From IMG/VR virus record IMGVR_UViG_3300026521_000226, positions 7,778 through 71,777 of that record: a stretch of DNA of 64,000 nt, one strand, 5' to 3'. The position numbers and the translations under genes were made by a program. The stretch comes from a virus. The notes beneath the pieces are model-generated. The model did not search any database, was not told where the DNA came from, and worked only from the letters and a program-made list of their open reading frames with translations. Each line of letters starts with the position of its first letter. Position 1 is the first letter of the stretch. This document shows, one piece after another, positions 41,534 through 51,338 of the stretch.

Positions 41534-42172
41534 TTATCCTTCTAAATCAAATCTACCTGCATTCAAAATATCGCATATTTTTTGCGCATCTGCTTCTGTT
41601 TTGAAATATACTCCTAAATAATCCCAATTAAAATTAATTTCCCAGCCATATTCTTTAGTTTCTCTATCAAATATAACAATAAAATTATCTTTTCTTATTG
41701 TATATTCATATCCTCTACTATCTTCACATTCTTGATCTCTTAGAGCTAATAGTCTTGTAAATTTTTTAATTTGTTTTAATGCTTTTATTGCTATATTTTT
41801 ATCTGTTCTTGTCAATCCATTTTTAGCAAAAAGTTTGCTTGTATATCTGATTATTCCTTCTAATTGAATATCAATACTAAAATTCCCTTCTTCTAACTCA
41901 ATCTTTGGTTTTTTAGGAACTTCAAATTTAATTTCGTCCCAAAATAATGTTTGATTTGCTGTTTTTCTATCAACAGCAGTTCCATCAAAAGTATAGGTTT
42001 TTGTATCATCACAATCTAAATATATATTGTGTTTATCGAATTGTATCGTAACAAAATATTCATCTATAGTTAATTTTTTATTAAAATTGGAATATATTTT
42101 AATTGCTTTACCCCATCCGTAATCAAAACTCCATACTCTATCGCCTATTTTTATTCCATCAAGATAACTCAT
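41534..42172 (-). CDS. Hypothetical phage protein
   Basis: Start likely MSYLDGIKIGDRVWS (SD AAGGA). Confidence 0.6.
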   Translation of the reverse strand: MSYLDGIKIGDRVWSFDYGWGKAIKIYSNFNKKLTIDEYFVTIQFDKHNIYLDCDDTKTYTFDGTAVDRKTANQTLFWDEIKFEVPKKPKIELEEGNFSIDIQLEGIIRYTSKLFAKNGLTRTDKNIAIKALKQIKKFTRLLALRDQECEDSRGYEYTIRKDNFIVIFDRETKEYGWEINFNWDYLGVYFKTEADAQKICDILNAGRFDLEG

Positions 42173-42174
42173 TT

Positions 42175-42486
42175 TTAATCCTTGCAATCTTTTAACTCTT
42201 TCAATAAAAATTCATTAAATTCTATTGCCTTTTCAATAGCATTTAATCTCATTTCTAACTTTTGGTACTCACTATATTCTTCACCTGTTTCTGGTTCTGT
42301 ATTAGCCTGTTGAAGTTCGTTAGCAATAATATTACTTTTTAATGCTTTTGCCCATTCAATCTTACCATTCAAAACATACCTATATTTCATGTTAGCAAAA
42401 TAACATGCTTTTATGCCATAAAGATATTCTGTTGTTATTCTATCATTTGAGAACCAAGAAGATAAACTATTTAATTTGTCACTCAT
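42175..42486 (-). CDS. Hypothetical protein
   Basis: 103 aa. Confidence 0.55.
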   Translation of the reverse strand: MSDKLNSLSSWFSNDRITTEYLYGIKACYFANMKYRYVLNGKIEWAKALKSNIIANELQQANTEPETGEEYSEYQKLEMRLNAIEKAIEFNEFLLKELKDCKD

Positions 42487-42722
42487 TTCTTTTTTCCTTT
42501 TCTTATAGGTGTATAAAATCTATATATTCCTGAAATATATATAAATAACCAAAATGTTAAATTTATAATATCAAATATATTTAATTTACTGCTAAAATTA
42601 AATGTAAATTCTAAACTTTTAATCAATAATTCAAAAAATCCAAAAAATAATACACACATAAACAACCATAAAAATAATTTATATACTCCCATATCAAATA
42701 TATTATTTAAAAAAGTTTGCAT
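42483..42722 (-). CDS. Small membrane protein
   Basis: Two hydrophobic segments. Confidence 0.55.
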   Translation of the reverse strand: MQTFLNNIFDMGVYKLFLWLFMCVLFFGFFELLIKSLEFTFNFSSKLNIFDIINLTFWLFIYISGIYRFYTPIRKGKKK

Positions 42723-42763
42723 TTTTATTTTCCTTTATATAAATTTATAGAACCAAAAAGAGA

Positions 42764-43165
42764 TTACTCACTGATTGATTCTTTTATCTTCCATCCTGCA
42801 CCATATACATATTGCATATTTATGTAACAATCTTGTTCTACTTCAATTTCAACAAAACCTTGCCTAACAGATTGTCCTTCTGTTATGTTTTTCACCCAAA
42901 TAATAAGTTCATTATTTACATCCTCTTTTTCATAATCTCTTAAATCACCTGAAAATGATAATGTTACAAATGCTTGATTAGATGCTACAAATGTAAAACT
43001 ATGATTTAGTGTTAATGGACCTTCACTCCCACTTGGCACTCTATTATTGAAATCTCCATAAAACTTACTTAATACACTTGACAATGATTCATTTTTAAAT
43101 TCTCTATCATACCACTCATGTGTATCAATTCTTATACTTCCGTTAACATGTGTCCATACACTCAT
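42764..43165 (-). CDS. Conserved-looking phage hypothetical protein
   Basis: MSVWTHVNGSIRID, PSGSEGPL, GDLRDY motifs. Confidence 0.6.
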   Translation of the reverse strand: MSVWTHVNGSIRIDTHEWYDREFKNESLSSVLSKFYGDFNNRVPSGSEGPLTLNHSFTFVASNQAFVTLSFSGDLRDYEKEDVNNELIIWVKNITEGQSVRQGFVEIEVEQDCYINMQYVYGAGWKIKESISE

Positions 43166-43175
43166 TACTTATTCC

Positions 43176-43991
43176 TTAAAAATCAAATTTTGTAATCGCT
43201 TCTTGCTCTGCCTGATATGAACTAAAATAAGGGCATTTATTATTTAAGTCACAATAATGTAAACATTTCATATTATATACTTTGCCTTGCATTTTGTATG
43301 GAAATGTATTTTTACATTTAGGAGGAGTAGAACCAAGTTCTAATGCATCTTCATTTATATACACTTCAAGTTCTTTTAGTTTATTTAGAAGTAGTTTTTC
43401 AATCTCTTCAAAACTTGGTACCTCTAATTCAACCATTGTGAATAAATCTTCTTTTTTAACTTTAAAATAAGATTGAGATTTATTGAAAAATGCTAATGCA
43501 CAATTGAATTCTTCATCTCCTAACAACCATCTATAAATCCCTAATTGTAAAGCATATTGATGATCTTTGCCTTCTTTATATATAGATTTTAAAGTCGTTC
43601 CTGTACTAAGTTTATGATCAATTATTACTTTATTTTTTGTATCAATCAAATCTATAGTGCCAATAATAGTCCATTTATTCTTTAAATCTTTATGCGTAAA
43701 TTCTTTCTCGACAGATCTTTCTACACTGTATTGATAGTCTTCTGAAAATTCATTAAAATTATGTTCTTTAAATAATTCTTCCAAACCTTTATGTAGAATA
43801 GAACCAAGAGTATTTGCTTCTATCTTACTTTGGTTCTGCTGTTTACCATACTTAAATTCTAACCATAAAGGAAGAATGTCAGAGCCAACTTGAGAAGCAC
43901 TTAATTGATACTTACCTGGCTCTGTATTTCCACTGTATTGAGTTCCTTTAATAACTACATCGATATAATCCTTATATGCCTTATTAACCAT
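43176..43991 (-). CDS. PD-(D/E)xK Cas4-like exonuclease (N4 gp42-like)
   Basis: LSASQ, GSILHKGLE, GTIDLID..IIDHK, QLGIY, C-terminal Cys cluster. Confidence 0.85.
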   Translation of the reverse strand: MVNKAYKDYIDVVIKGTQYSGNTEPGKYQLSASQVGSDILPLWLEFKYGKQQNQSKIEANTLGSILHKGLEELFKEHNFNEFSEDYQYSVERSVEKEFTHKDLKNKWTIIGTIDLIDTKNKVIIDHKLSTGTTLKSIYKEGKDHQYALQLGIYRWLLGDEEFNCALAFFNKSQSYFKVKKEDLFTMVELEVPSFEEIEKLLLNKLKELEVYINEDALELGSTPPKCKNTFPYKMQGKVYNMKCLHYCDLNNKCPYFSSYQAEQEAITKFDF

Positions 43992-44313
43992 TTTTTTCCT
44001 TTAAACAATTTAACAATTGTTCTTTGTAACTATTGCATTGTTTGTTTAGATCATCTATTTCTGAAAACATAAAATCCATAATCTCGCTAATATCTATTTC
44101 ATCCATAAGTTCTTCAATACTAAAATCAAATTCTCCTATTTGTTGATATTCACAGTCATCACAACCTTTATAAACAAAAGGTATACAGTTTCCGTATTCA
44201 ATAGATATATTTGTATTTTTTGTATTTATCATCTCTTCTAAAATTTCATCAAACATATCACTAACAGCTATACTATATGCCTCATCAAAATCACTTGCAT
44301 TAACTATTACCAT
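43984..44313 (-). CDS. Hypothetical acidic protein
   Basis: 109 aa. Confidence 0.5.
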   Translation of the reverse strand: MVIVNASDFDEAYSIAVSDMFDEILEEMINTKNTNISIEYGNCIPFVYKGCDDCEYQQIGEFDFSIEELMDEIDISEIMDFMFSEIDDLNKQCNSYKEQLLNCLKEKNG

Positions 44314-44623
44314 TATTTAACTCCTTAGCTTCATTTTCAAGTATAAACGCTGCCATCGGTGATACTTGATTTGTTAATCCTAAAAATTTTCTGTTATGTT
44401 TCTCTAAATACAATATTTTAGTTTCAAGTTTTTTTATTTGTTTGTTTAATTCTTCATTTTTTAAACAACATTCTTTAGCTTTTTTAACCTTTTCATCAGA
44501 AATCTTAAGTTCTTCACTAAGATATTCTATTCTTTCTAAATATGCATTTTGTATAACATTGAATGTGTTTTTAGATACATATCCAAATATATTCATTATT
44601 TTATTTAAAAACTTATTACTCAT
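44300..44623 (-). CDS. Hypothetical coiled-coil protein
   Basis: 107 aa. Confidence 0.5.
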   Translation of the reverse strand: MSNKFLNKIMNIFGYVSKNTFNVIQNAYLERIEYLSEELKISDEKVKKAKECCLKNEELNKQIKKLETKILYLEKHNRKFLGLTNQVSPMAAFILENEAKELNNGNS

Positions 44624-44955
44624 TCTAACTCCTTTTTGTGGCTTTTTTGTGGCATTTTGTAATAAAAAATACCAGCTTTTTTTCTCATTTCATCAACATA
44701 TCCACGAGTAATTCCCATTATATTTGCTATAGTATCAATGCTATAATTTTCTTTTTCAAGCTCTTTATACCAATCTGCAAAATCTTGAACTTTTAATTGA
44801 TTAAATGAAAAACCGAATTCTTTTCTTATTGCAGTGCTTATAAATGTTCTACTTCTGTTTTTCAAATAATGTTTATGCATATCAACAATTTTATATTTCA
44901 TAAAAAAATAGTCAATATCATTATCAAGTTGCCTAAGTATTTCTCTAACTGTCAT
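44620..44955 (-). CDS. HTH DNA-binding protein
   Basis: YSIDTIANIMGITRGYVDEMRKK. Confidence 0.6.
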   Translation of the reverse strand: MTVREILRQLDNDIDYFFMKYKIVDMHKHYLKNRSRTFISTAIRKEFGFSFNQLKVQDFADWYKELEKENYSIDTIANIMGITRGYVDEMRKKAGIFYYKMPQKSHKKELE

Positions 44956-44984
44956 CTATTTTCCTTTATAATGTATTTATGTGT

Positions 44985-45091
44985 AAAACACATATATCTG
45001 ATAGATAGGTAAAAAAACAATAAATCTTTATTGGAGTGTCGTATGAAGTAAAAAAAATTATAAAACCCTATCTACCAGATATATATGTTTT
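44985..45091 (-). promoter_or_regulatory. Long RNA stem (RNase III-like site)
   Basis: 25-bp arms 44985-45009 and 45067-45091; both mismatches are G-U on the minus-strand RNA. Confidence 0.7.
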
Positions 45092-45115
45092 TATTAACAA
45101 AGAAAATAAGAAGAT

Positions 45116-45649
45116 TTATTTTAAATCTTCTACATATTTCTTAAATTCTTCAAAAGATTCTAACCTGTCTTTATAGTCGTTTTCTTTTTCAAAACCATCT
45201 AAATACATATATTCATATGCTTCAATATAATTGTCTACATCCCCATATATACATTCAATTATTTCTAAAGAATCTATATTAAATGGCTCACATAAAATAT
45301 TATATTCTACTACTCCATAATTAACTTCGAAACAACCTACAATCATACACCCATACTCTTCGTATGAAGCTTTTATTTTAATTTGGTACTTTTCGCTTGC
45401 TGATTCATAAAATGGTAATGGAGGACTCCAAGCAGTCATAAATGAACAATTATTGTAATCTAACCATTCTATTTCTTTTGGATGTATATTCCATTTAGTA
45501 CCAAAGTGTTCTAAATTCCATTCATACCATCCTTCTTCAGGAGAAGTACCAATACATTCAAATCCTTTTTCATTGAAGTCTTCTACAAACTTTTTAACAT
45601 TTTCTTCTTTACCTGTTATTTCAATGTTGTTGTTACACCAATTTGGCAT
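45116..45649 (-). CDS. DUF1281/YubB-like protein
   Basis: MPNWCNN, WYEWNLEHFGTKWN, FMTAWSPP, YEEYGC. Confidence 0.8.
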   Translation of the reverse strand: MPNWCNNNIEITGKEENVKKFVEDFNEKGFECIGTSPEEGWYEWNLEHFGTKWNIHPKEIEWLDYNNCSFMTAWSPPLPFYESASEKYQIKIKASYEEYGCMIVGCFEVNYGVVEYNILCEPFNIDSLEIIECIYGDVDNYIEAYEYMYLDGFEKENDYKDRLESFEEFKKYVEDLK

Positions 45650-45857
45650 TTCTTCTCCTTTTATTTATGATTTGAAATAAATATGTACATCATAATTGCA
45701 AATGATGCATACCACACTGTTGAATGCAACAATGCTAAATTATCTTTATTTTTTACACCTATTAAATACCATATAGTACCAAATAGAGTTGACATTACTA
45801 TAAATATATTTTCCATACAATTCCTTTTATTTATAAATTTTAGAACCAAAAAAGAAT

Positions 45858-46739
45858 TTAGAAGTCTCTTCCGCTCTTTTTTAATGAGTTAAGTTTTTGT
45901 AGTTGCTCAACTGTTTCAATTAATTCATTAAGTTTTTCTTTTAATTCTTGGTTCTCTTTTTCTAATTGCTGAATTTTCATTTTATCAGAATTAGTTTTTT
46001 CTATAAAAATATTTTCATCTTTTTTAAGAACCTCACCTGTATTTGGATCAAATTCAGTAATATCTATTTCATCTTCTTTTATATTATCTTTTGTTTTCAA
46101 AAACTCAATATATTCTTTTAATTGAGTTAAAGTACCATATATAGTACCAACTGGTCTTGAAATCCATTGAAAAGCATTAGAAGAGCCAGATGTATTCATA
46201 GGTATTAAATTTTTATTATTTCTAAAACAATCAAGAACTCTAGCAAAATCTTTGTCTAACCCAATTTCTTTTAATTTATTAAAAATTTGACTTATTCTTT
46301 TAATTGTTGAAACGCTAACACCATATCTTGCAGCTGCTGACTCCCAACTTACATTAGCAACACTTTGTTTGTATTCAAAAGCTTGTACTTCTTTTTGAAT
46401 TTTTACTTTATTTCTACCCATATGATGACTCCTAACAAATTCTTTTAAAACATTTATGGTATAATTACCATTAAGTTTTTTAATAGGCATAGGCATATTT
46501 AATTCAATTGCAGCTTTTTGTCTATGTCTTCCGTCTAAAATCATATCATTTACAATCACTACTGGTTCTTTAATTCTACCAATCAAAATAATATCATTTT
46601 TCAATGCATTAAAATCTGACTCATTCATTTCTGGTTCTATCTTTGAAGCTTTATGATGTTTAAATTTTACATTACTCACATCTATTTCTTCTATTTTACA
46701 ATTTGCAATTTCATTGATCAAATCATCAATTTTTAACAT
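45858..46739 (-). CDS. ParB N-terminal domain + HTH protein (paralogue 2)
   Basis: FNALKNDI..IKEPVVIVNDMILDGRHRQKAA; HTH SWESAAARYGVSVSTIKR. Confidence 0.78.
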   Translation of the reverse strand: MLKIDDLINEIANCKIEEIDVSNVKFKHHKASKIEPEMNESDFNALKNDIILIGRIKEPVVIVNDMILDGRHRQKAAIELNMPMPIKKLNGNYTINVLKEFVRSHHMGRNKVKIQKEVQAFEYKQSVANVSWESAAARYGVSVSTIKRISQIFNKLKEIGLDKDFARVLDCFRNNKNLIPMNTSGSSNAFQWISRPVGTIYGTLTQLKEYIEFLKTKDNIKEDEIDITEFDPNTGEVLKKDENIFIEKTNSDKMKIQQLEKENQELKEKLNELIETVEQLQKLNSLKKSGRDF

Positions 46740-46775
46740 AATATCTCCTTGTTATTGGTATTTATTTCGTTTATA

Positions 46776-46809
46776 ATTATACCAAAACAAAACTTAAAAT
46801 GACCTTAAA
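46776..46809 (-). promoter_or_regulatory. Campylobacterota-style sigma70 promoter
   Basis: TTTAAG-N5-TTTAAG-N11-TATAAT with extended TG; same spacing as 26524-26557. Confidence 0.7.
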
Positions 46810-46821
46810 TTGAGCCGATAT

Positions 46822-46870
46822 AGGTCAATTGACCTTGTTTTTATTTAAAGTAATTGGGTCAATTGACCCA
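46822..46870. repeat. Two copies of palindrome GGTCAATTGACC
   Basis: AGGTCAATTGACCT at 46822-46835 and TGGGTCAATTGACCCA at 46855-46870, plus half-sites on each side. Confidence 0.9.
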
Positions 46871-46935
46871 CTTTATATTTTTTTTTGAAGGTCAACTATA
46901 TATAATATAATATATATATGCACTTTCTAAATTTT

Positions 46936-46962
46936 AAAACAAAATCGGGCAGTTCTGCCCGA
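46936..46962 (-). terminator. Rho-independent terminator
   Basis: TCGGGCAG-AA-CTGCCCGA followed by TTTTGTTTT on the minus strand. Confidence 0.75.
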
Positions 46963-46976
46963 ATATGAATATATAT

Positions 46977-47306
46977 TCATTTTTCCCCATAACATACATC
47001 AAACAATTCATCTACTTTGGTACTAATCTTATCAGGATATTTAAGTACTACACCTAACTTATCTTTCATATCAGAACCAACATATGTTTGGTACTTTCCA
47101 ATAAAGTATATTTCTTTGCCCTGTAGTTTCCATTTACGAAAGTTTTTTGGTAATTTGATCCAGATATGCTCACGAATCAAGATCTTTTCTCTACGCTCAT
47201 TTATCGAGTAAATAGGACCTATACACATAAACCTACCAAGATTATAATTAGCATTATTGAATTTTTGTAATTTTCCTTTAAATAATTTTAATTTATTGCT
47301 TTTCAT
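46977..47306 (-). CDS. Hypothetical basic protein
   Basis: 109 aa. Confidence 0.55.
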   Translation of the reverse strand: MKSNKLKLFKGKLQKFNNANYNLGRFMCIGPIYSINERREKILIREHIWIKLPKNFRKWKLQGKEIYFIGKYQTYVGSDMKDKLGVVLKYPDKISTKVDELFDVCYGEK

Positions 47307-47320
47307 TTTTTTTGGTACCT

Positions 47321-47545
47321 CTATAAATGAAATTGTTCTTTTATTTGTTTAACAATTTCTTTATTAATTACTTTTTTTAAAGCATTTTCAAGAGCTTTTT
47401 CTTCATAAAACCCTAATCCATATATATCTTGATTTTTTTGAAATGCTAAGAAATTATCGATTAGTATTGAATAATTGTTATCATCAAAAACTATTTCACA
47501 TTCTACTTCTCTTTCAGTTCCACATGTTGCTTTTACTACTTTCAT
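47321..47545 (-). CDS. Hypothetical protein
   Basis: 74 aa, AAGGAG SD. Confidence 0.55.
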   Translation of the reverse strand: MKVVKATCGTEREVECEIVFDDNNYSILIDNFLAFQKNQDIYGLGFYEEKALENALKKVINKEIVKQIKEQFHL

Positions 47546-48445
47546 TTAACCTTCTCCTTAATTTATTTTTTAATAAAGTAAAAATAGTTGTGATTAACAC
47601 AACCAATTCCTCCTATAAAATCTGTATTATTACCAATCTCTTTTCTAAATCTTTTGCATAAATGTTTTTTATCACATTTTTCATAAATACAAATAGTTTT
47701 ACTATTAACCATTTTAAACTCCTTTTTATAAATTATATACATTTACTCATATTTTTATAGTTCGTTGAAATATGATCAAGATAGATAGGTTTATTGACTT
47801 ATTTCCAAAAGATTAAATAACTATACCCATCTATTGGTTCTTTAATGTTAATTTCTTGTTTTAATAACTTAATTTGTTTACCATCTAAACAACTTAAATC
47901 AATTCTAATTTCATATTGATCATTTTGATTATCAAACCATTCTTGATATTCTATATCATTCTTTTCAAATAATTCAACAACAAATGAAATGCTTGTCATA
48001 ATAAATAATGCCTTTATCATCTTGGTACTCCTTTATAAAACAAGTGTTTTTTCACCATGAGATATTCTAAAAGTATCAAATAATGATTTACTTACACTAA
48101 CTAAACCTAATTCTTGAGCAACATATATTGCTGCTTCACTAACATTTGTTATAATACATACTGCAACTTCACCTGGTTCTACAAAATACATTTTCATATC
48201 TTATCCTTTAAAATTATTTTAGAGGTTTAACCTCAATCAGAGAACCAAATAGTTCTCCTATTGAAATTAATCTTCTTCTTTAATTATTTTAACTTCATAT
48301 CCTTGTTCTAACATATGAGGTAAAGCATATTTTTTATAATTTTTAGCAAATAATTTTGCTGTTTCTTTTATTGCAAATTCATTTAATTCTCTCATTATTC
48401 CATACTGGTTCTTCAGTAAAACTTTATATTTCATTTTTTATCCTT

Positions 48446-48637
48446 TTAAAATATTTTTGATTCTAAGATTGAATCATTTTTTCTAATTGTTAAAATACAA
48501 AAATCATTTTTAGAGTTTTTATTTTCTCTTAAAAATTTTCTGTATTCTCTAAAAATTTTTATTTTACTTTTTAGTTTATTTAAAATATATTTGGTACTTC
48601 TACCATGTCTTACAGTTTCAAGCATTAATTGGTACAT
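48446..48637 (-). CDS. Hypothetical basic protein
   Basis: 63 aa, SD. Confidence 0.5.
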   Translation of the reverse strand: MYQLMLETVRHGRSTKYILNKLKSKIKIFREYRKFLRENKNSKNDFCILTIRKNDSILESKIF

Positions 48638-48797
48638 ATTTTTTCCTTTATATAAATTTGTTAAATAAGCCTTATATTAAAGACTTATTATGTTTGTATG
48701 TAATTCGTTATAGTAGAGAGATTTTTGCTCTCTACACTCATTTAAACTACCTTTATGGATAATATATCCATTGTCTATGTTTATAAGCATACACATG

Positions 48798-49601
48798 CTA
48801 TGCCTCCTTTGAATCTTCAACTAATTTAAGCAAACCATCTTTAGTACCAACAGCAAAGAATTTACCATTATGCACAAATGTAACATTATCATTCTTCTTA
48901 CTTGGTTCTAATGGTTTCTTAAATTCAAAAGAACCATATTTAACAGGCACTGATTGTATTTTCCAAGTGTTTTGATCCTTGTTAAACCACATGAAGTAGT
49001 CTACTTCTGTATCAACAAGAGTGTATTGCAATTCAGGTATAAACTCTTGAGACACAATAATATTATTCCTTTGTTCACACGAAGATAATTTATTATATGC
49101 ATTACTTCTATTATCACTTTGGTTCTTTAATGACTGAATATATTTAGTAACAATTTCAAGTGCAAACATAAATGCTTCATCTTGCTCTTTACTATATACA
49201 TCAGTTATGTTCAATGATTTAATTAAACTTATAATGCTATGCTCATTTGGTTCTCTAAGTCCCAAATCATTAGCATCTACTTGGTGCACGAATGCTTCAA
49301 TACCTAAATAATCTAAACTATTTAATTCTAAATAGTCCCATATCAATCCTGCACTTGCTCTATTATCATCTTTTGGACTACTTTGATGGTGATCAAAGAA
49401 TCTAACTCCATCGTATTGTCTACCTATGTCAATAATATAGTCATAATCTTGTGGATTTTCTATATGTGCTTGATGAGGTAGTCTATTAATAATATATTCA
49501 AATTCTGGTTTAAATACTTTTAATAATGCTATTGCTGTTAACTCATCTGCATGGAATAAATTTTGATGCGTTGCTATTCTTTTGATTTGTTTTTTACTCA
49601 T
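48798..49601 (-). CDS. MYG1 / UPF0160 family exonuclease
   Basis: THQNLFHADE, IIDIGRQYD..FDHHQ, ASAGLIW, VDANDLG, FVHNGKF. Confidence 0.88.
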   Translation of the reverse strand: MSKKQIKRIATHQNLFHADELTAIALLKVFKPEFEYIINRLPHQAHIENPQDYDYIIDIGRQYDGVRFFDHHQSSPKDDNRASAGLIWDYLELNSLDYLGIEAFVHQVDANDLGLREPNEHSIISLIKSLNITDVYSKEQDEAFMFALEIVTKYIQSLKNQSDNRSNAYNKLSSCEQRNNIIVSQEFIPELQYTLVDTEVDYFMWFNKDQNTWKIQSVPVKYGSFEFKKPLEPSKKNDNVTFVHNGKFFAVGTKDGLLKLVEDSKEA

Positions 49602-49719
49602 ATATATTCCTTAATTGAATTTTATTTTGTAGAGGGATAACGATATGTTTTATCGTCGTCATCATTTTATCCCTCTATCAAATAAAATATAGAACCAAAG
49701 GAAATAATCTTTTTTTTGA

Positions 49720-49905
49720 TTATTCCTTTTTATCTTGTGGTATTTCAGGCCATTTGTTGTGTTGAACATCTTCTGGTTCTTCTCCTTTGAATAAACCACC
49801 TTTTTGAACACCATCGTATAATCCTGATGCTATATCTAATGGTGCCTCAACTACATCTCTTAAACCTTTACCTACTAATTCTCCAATTGATTTGAAAAAA
49901 CTCAT
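49720..49905 (-). CDS. Early hypothetical protein
   Basis: 61 aa, AGGAGG SD, amphipathic. Confidence 0.6.
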   Translation of the reverse strand: MSFFKSIGELVGKGLRDVVEAPLDIASGLYDGVQKGGLFKGEEPEDVQHNKWPEIPQDKKE

Positions 49906-50155
49906 AAATCCTCCTTTATGTCGTATAGTTTACCTGTGTTTAGGTCTTCGTAAATACCACATTTATGGTATTTTACCTTGTCTGTCAATACTATGTCTAA
50001 TTTTTTTGAATGAATTAGATAACACATTTTGTTTCCTTTAATGTTATTTGTTTAGTAGTCTTGTCTACGAAAATAAAAACTACTAAATCAATCTCCTTTA
50101 TATAGATTTTAGTATAGCTTTTTAGAACTTCAATACTAGTTGGTTCTTTAATTGA

Positions 50156-50350
50156 TTATCTCCACCATACTTTTTGTGGGATAATTCTTTTTTCTTTGTT
50201 TAATTTCTTTACCTGGAACAAAGATAAACCAGTTTTTGCAGAGACTGCTTTTATTGCGTCTCTGCCGTATCTATCGTGATACACTTCCTCATCAATTAAC
50301 AAAGCTTGAACACAAGTTCTTGCCTCATTTCTATTTCTAAATTTATACAT
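50156..50350 (-). CDS. Early small protein, possible HTH
   Basis: AIKAVSAKTGLSLFQVKK. Confidence 0.55.
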   Translation of the reverse strand: MYKFRNRNEARTCVQALLIDEEVYHDRYGRDAIKAVSAKTGLSLFQVKKLNKEKRIIPQKVWWR

Positions 50351-50467
50351 AGTAATCCTTTTTAATTATTTTTTGAGAGTATATCTCTCATTGAAGAACC
50401 AAAGAGTATTTTGGATAGAAGAGTATTAGTATATTCTCCTTGGTTCTTAAATGAAAGATAGAAGAGA

Positions 50468-50839
50468 TTAGGCGATAAAATCACCTAATTTTGATTTTAA
50501 CTCACTCTTCTCTTCCTCACTAATATCAGTGATAAGAGCGAATTTAAATCCCTCTCTCGAAAGAAAATTAGCAACCGAAGTTACTATTTTTTCTTTCTTC
50601 TCTTCCCAAGTGATCTCAGGATATTTCTCGAATACCAGACTGTAAACAGTTTGGTAAACTTTACTTTTTTTAAGTAGGTTGAAATACCCTAAATACACTT
50701 CCTCATCATCTAACATAGTTGTTAGTCTGATAGGAATATATTTATCCTTCGCCTCTGCATCAGGTTCTAAGAACCTAACACTACCAGCAGCTTTTGCTGC
50801 TGTGTTTAATTCATCTTCACTGAATCCTCTACTTACCAT
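50468..50839 (-). CDS. Early hypothetical protein
   Basis: 123 aa, AAGGAG SD. Confidence 0.65.
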   Translation of the reverse strand: MVSRGFSEDELNTAAKAAGSVRFLEPDAEAKDKYIPIRLTTMLDDEEVYLGYFNLLKKSKVYQTVYSLVFEKYPEITWEEKKEKIVTSVANFLSREGFKFALITDISEEEKSELKSKLGDFIA

Positions 50840-50937
50840 ATTGGCTCCTTAATTATGATATCACACCAACGTCTTGGTGTCATAAAAACAATTAATCCTG
50901 GTAAAGGATAGTTAAGAACATCTATAATGCTCTCTGT

Positions 50938-50970
50938 AAAAGGCACCGAATAGAGCGAAGCGTCGGTGCC
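50938..50970 (-). terminator. GC-rich hairpin with U-run (probable terminator)
   Basis: GGCACCGA-N13-TCGGTGCC-TTTT on the minus strand. Confidence 0.55.
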
Positions 50971-51338
50971 GTTGCTAACACGGCGACAATGATAACAAAT
51001 GCGATAGACATAAAACGGCGATAGAAACGTATAAACAATAAATAAATATAAACAAGTATTAAAAGATTAGATAAGAATCATCGACGATAAACATATATTA
51101 TCGTAAAAGCATTATCGTAGAAGAGACTCGTCTTGCCGATAAGGTAAAAGTATATATCAAAAAAAGGCAGCTTCCTGATTCAACAGCAAAGAATGTTATT
51201 TGGTTCTTAACTTTGGTTCTAAAATTTTAAGTCTCCCACACTGGAAATCTGCATCTCAACATATAATTGATAGCACTATCTCCTTATATACATCTACCTT
51301 AATAGATTTATATAAAGAGATACAAGAGGAAACAAGGA

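Noticed and set aside
43176-43991. Cas4-like gene as evidence of a CRISPR system
   Set aside because: It is a solo PD-(D/E)xK nuclease in the replication module; I saw no repeat-spacer array in the window.
50938-50970. GGCACCGA...TCGGTGC-TTTT resembles the SpCas9 tracrRNA terminal hairpin
   Set aside because: Only the 8-bp stem matches; there is no anti-repeat, nexus, cas gene or array.
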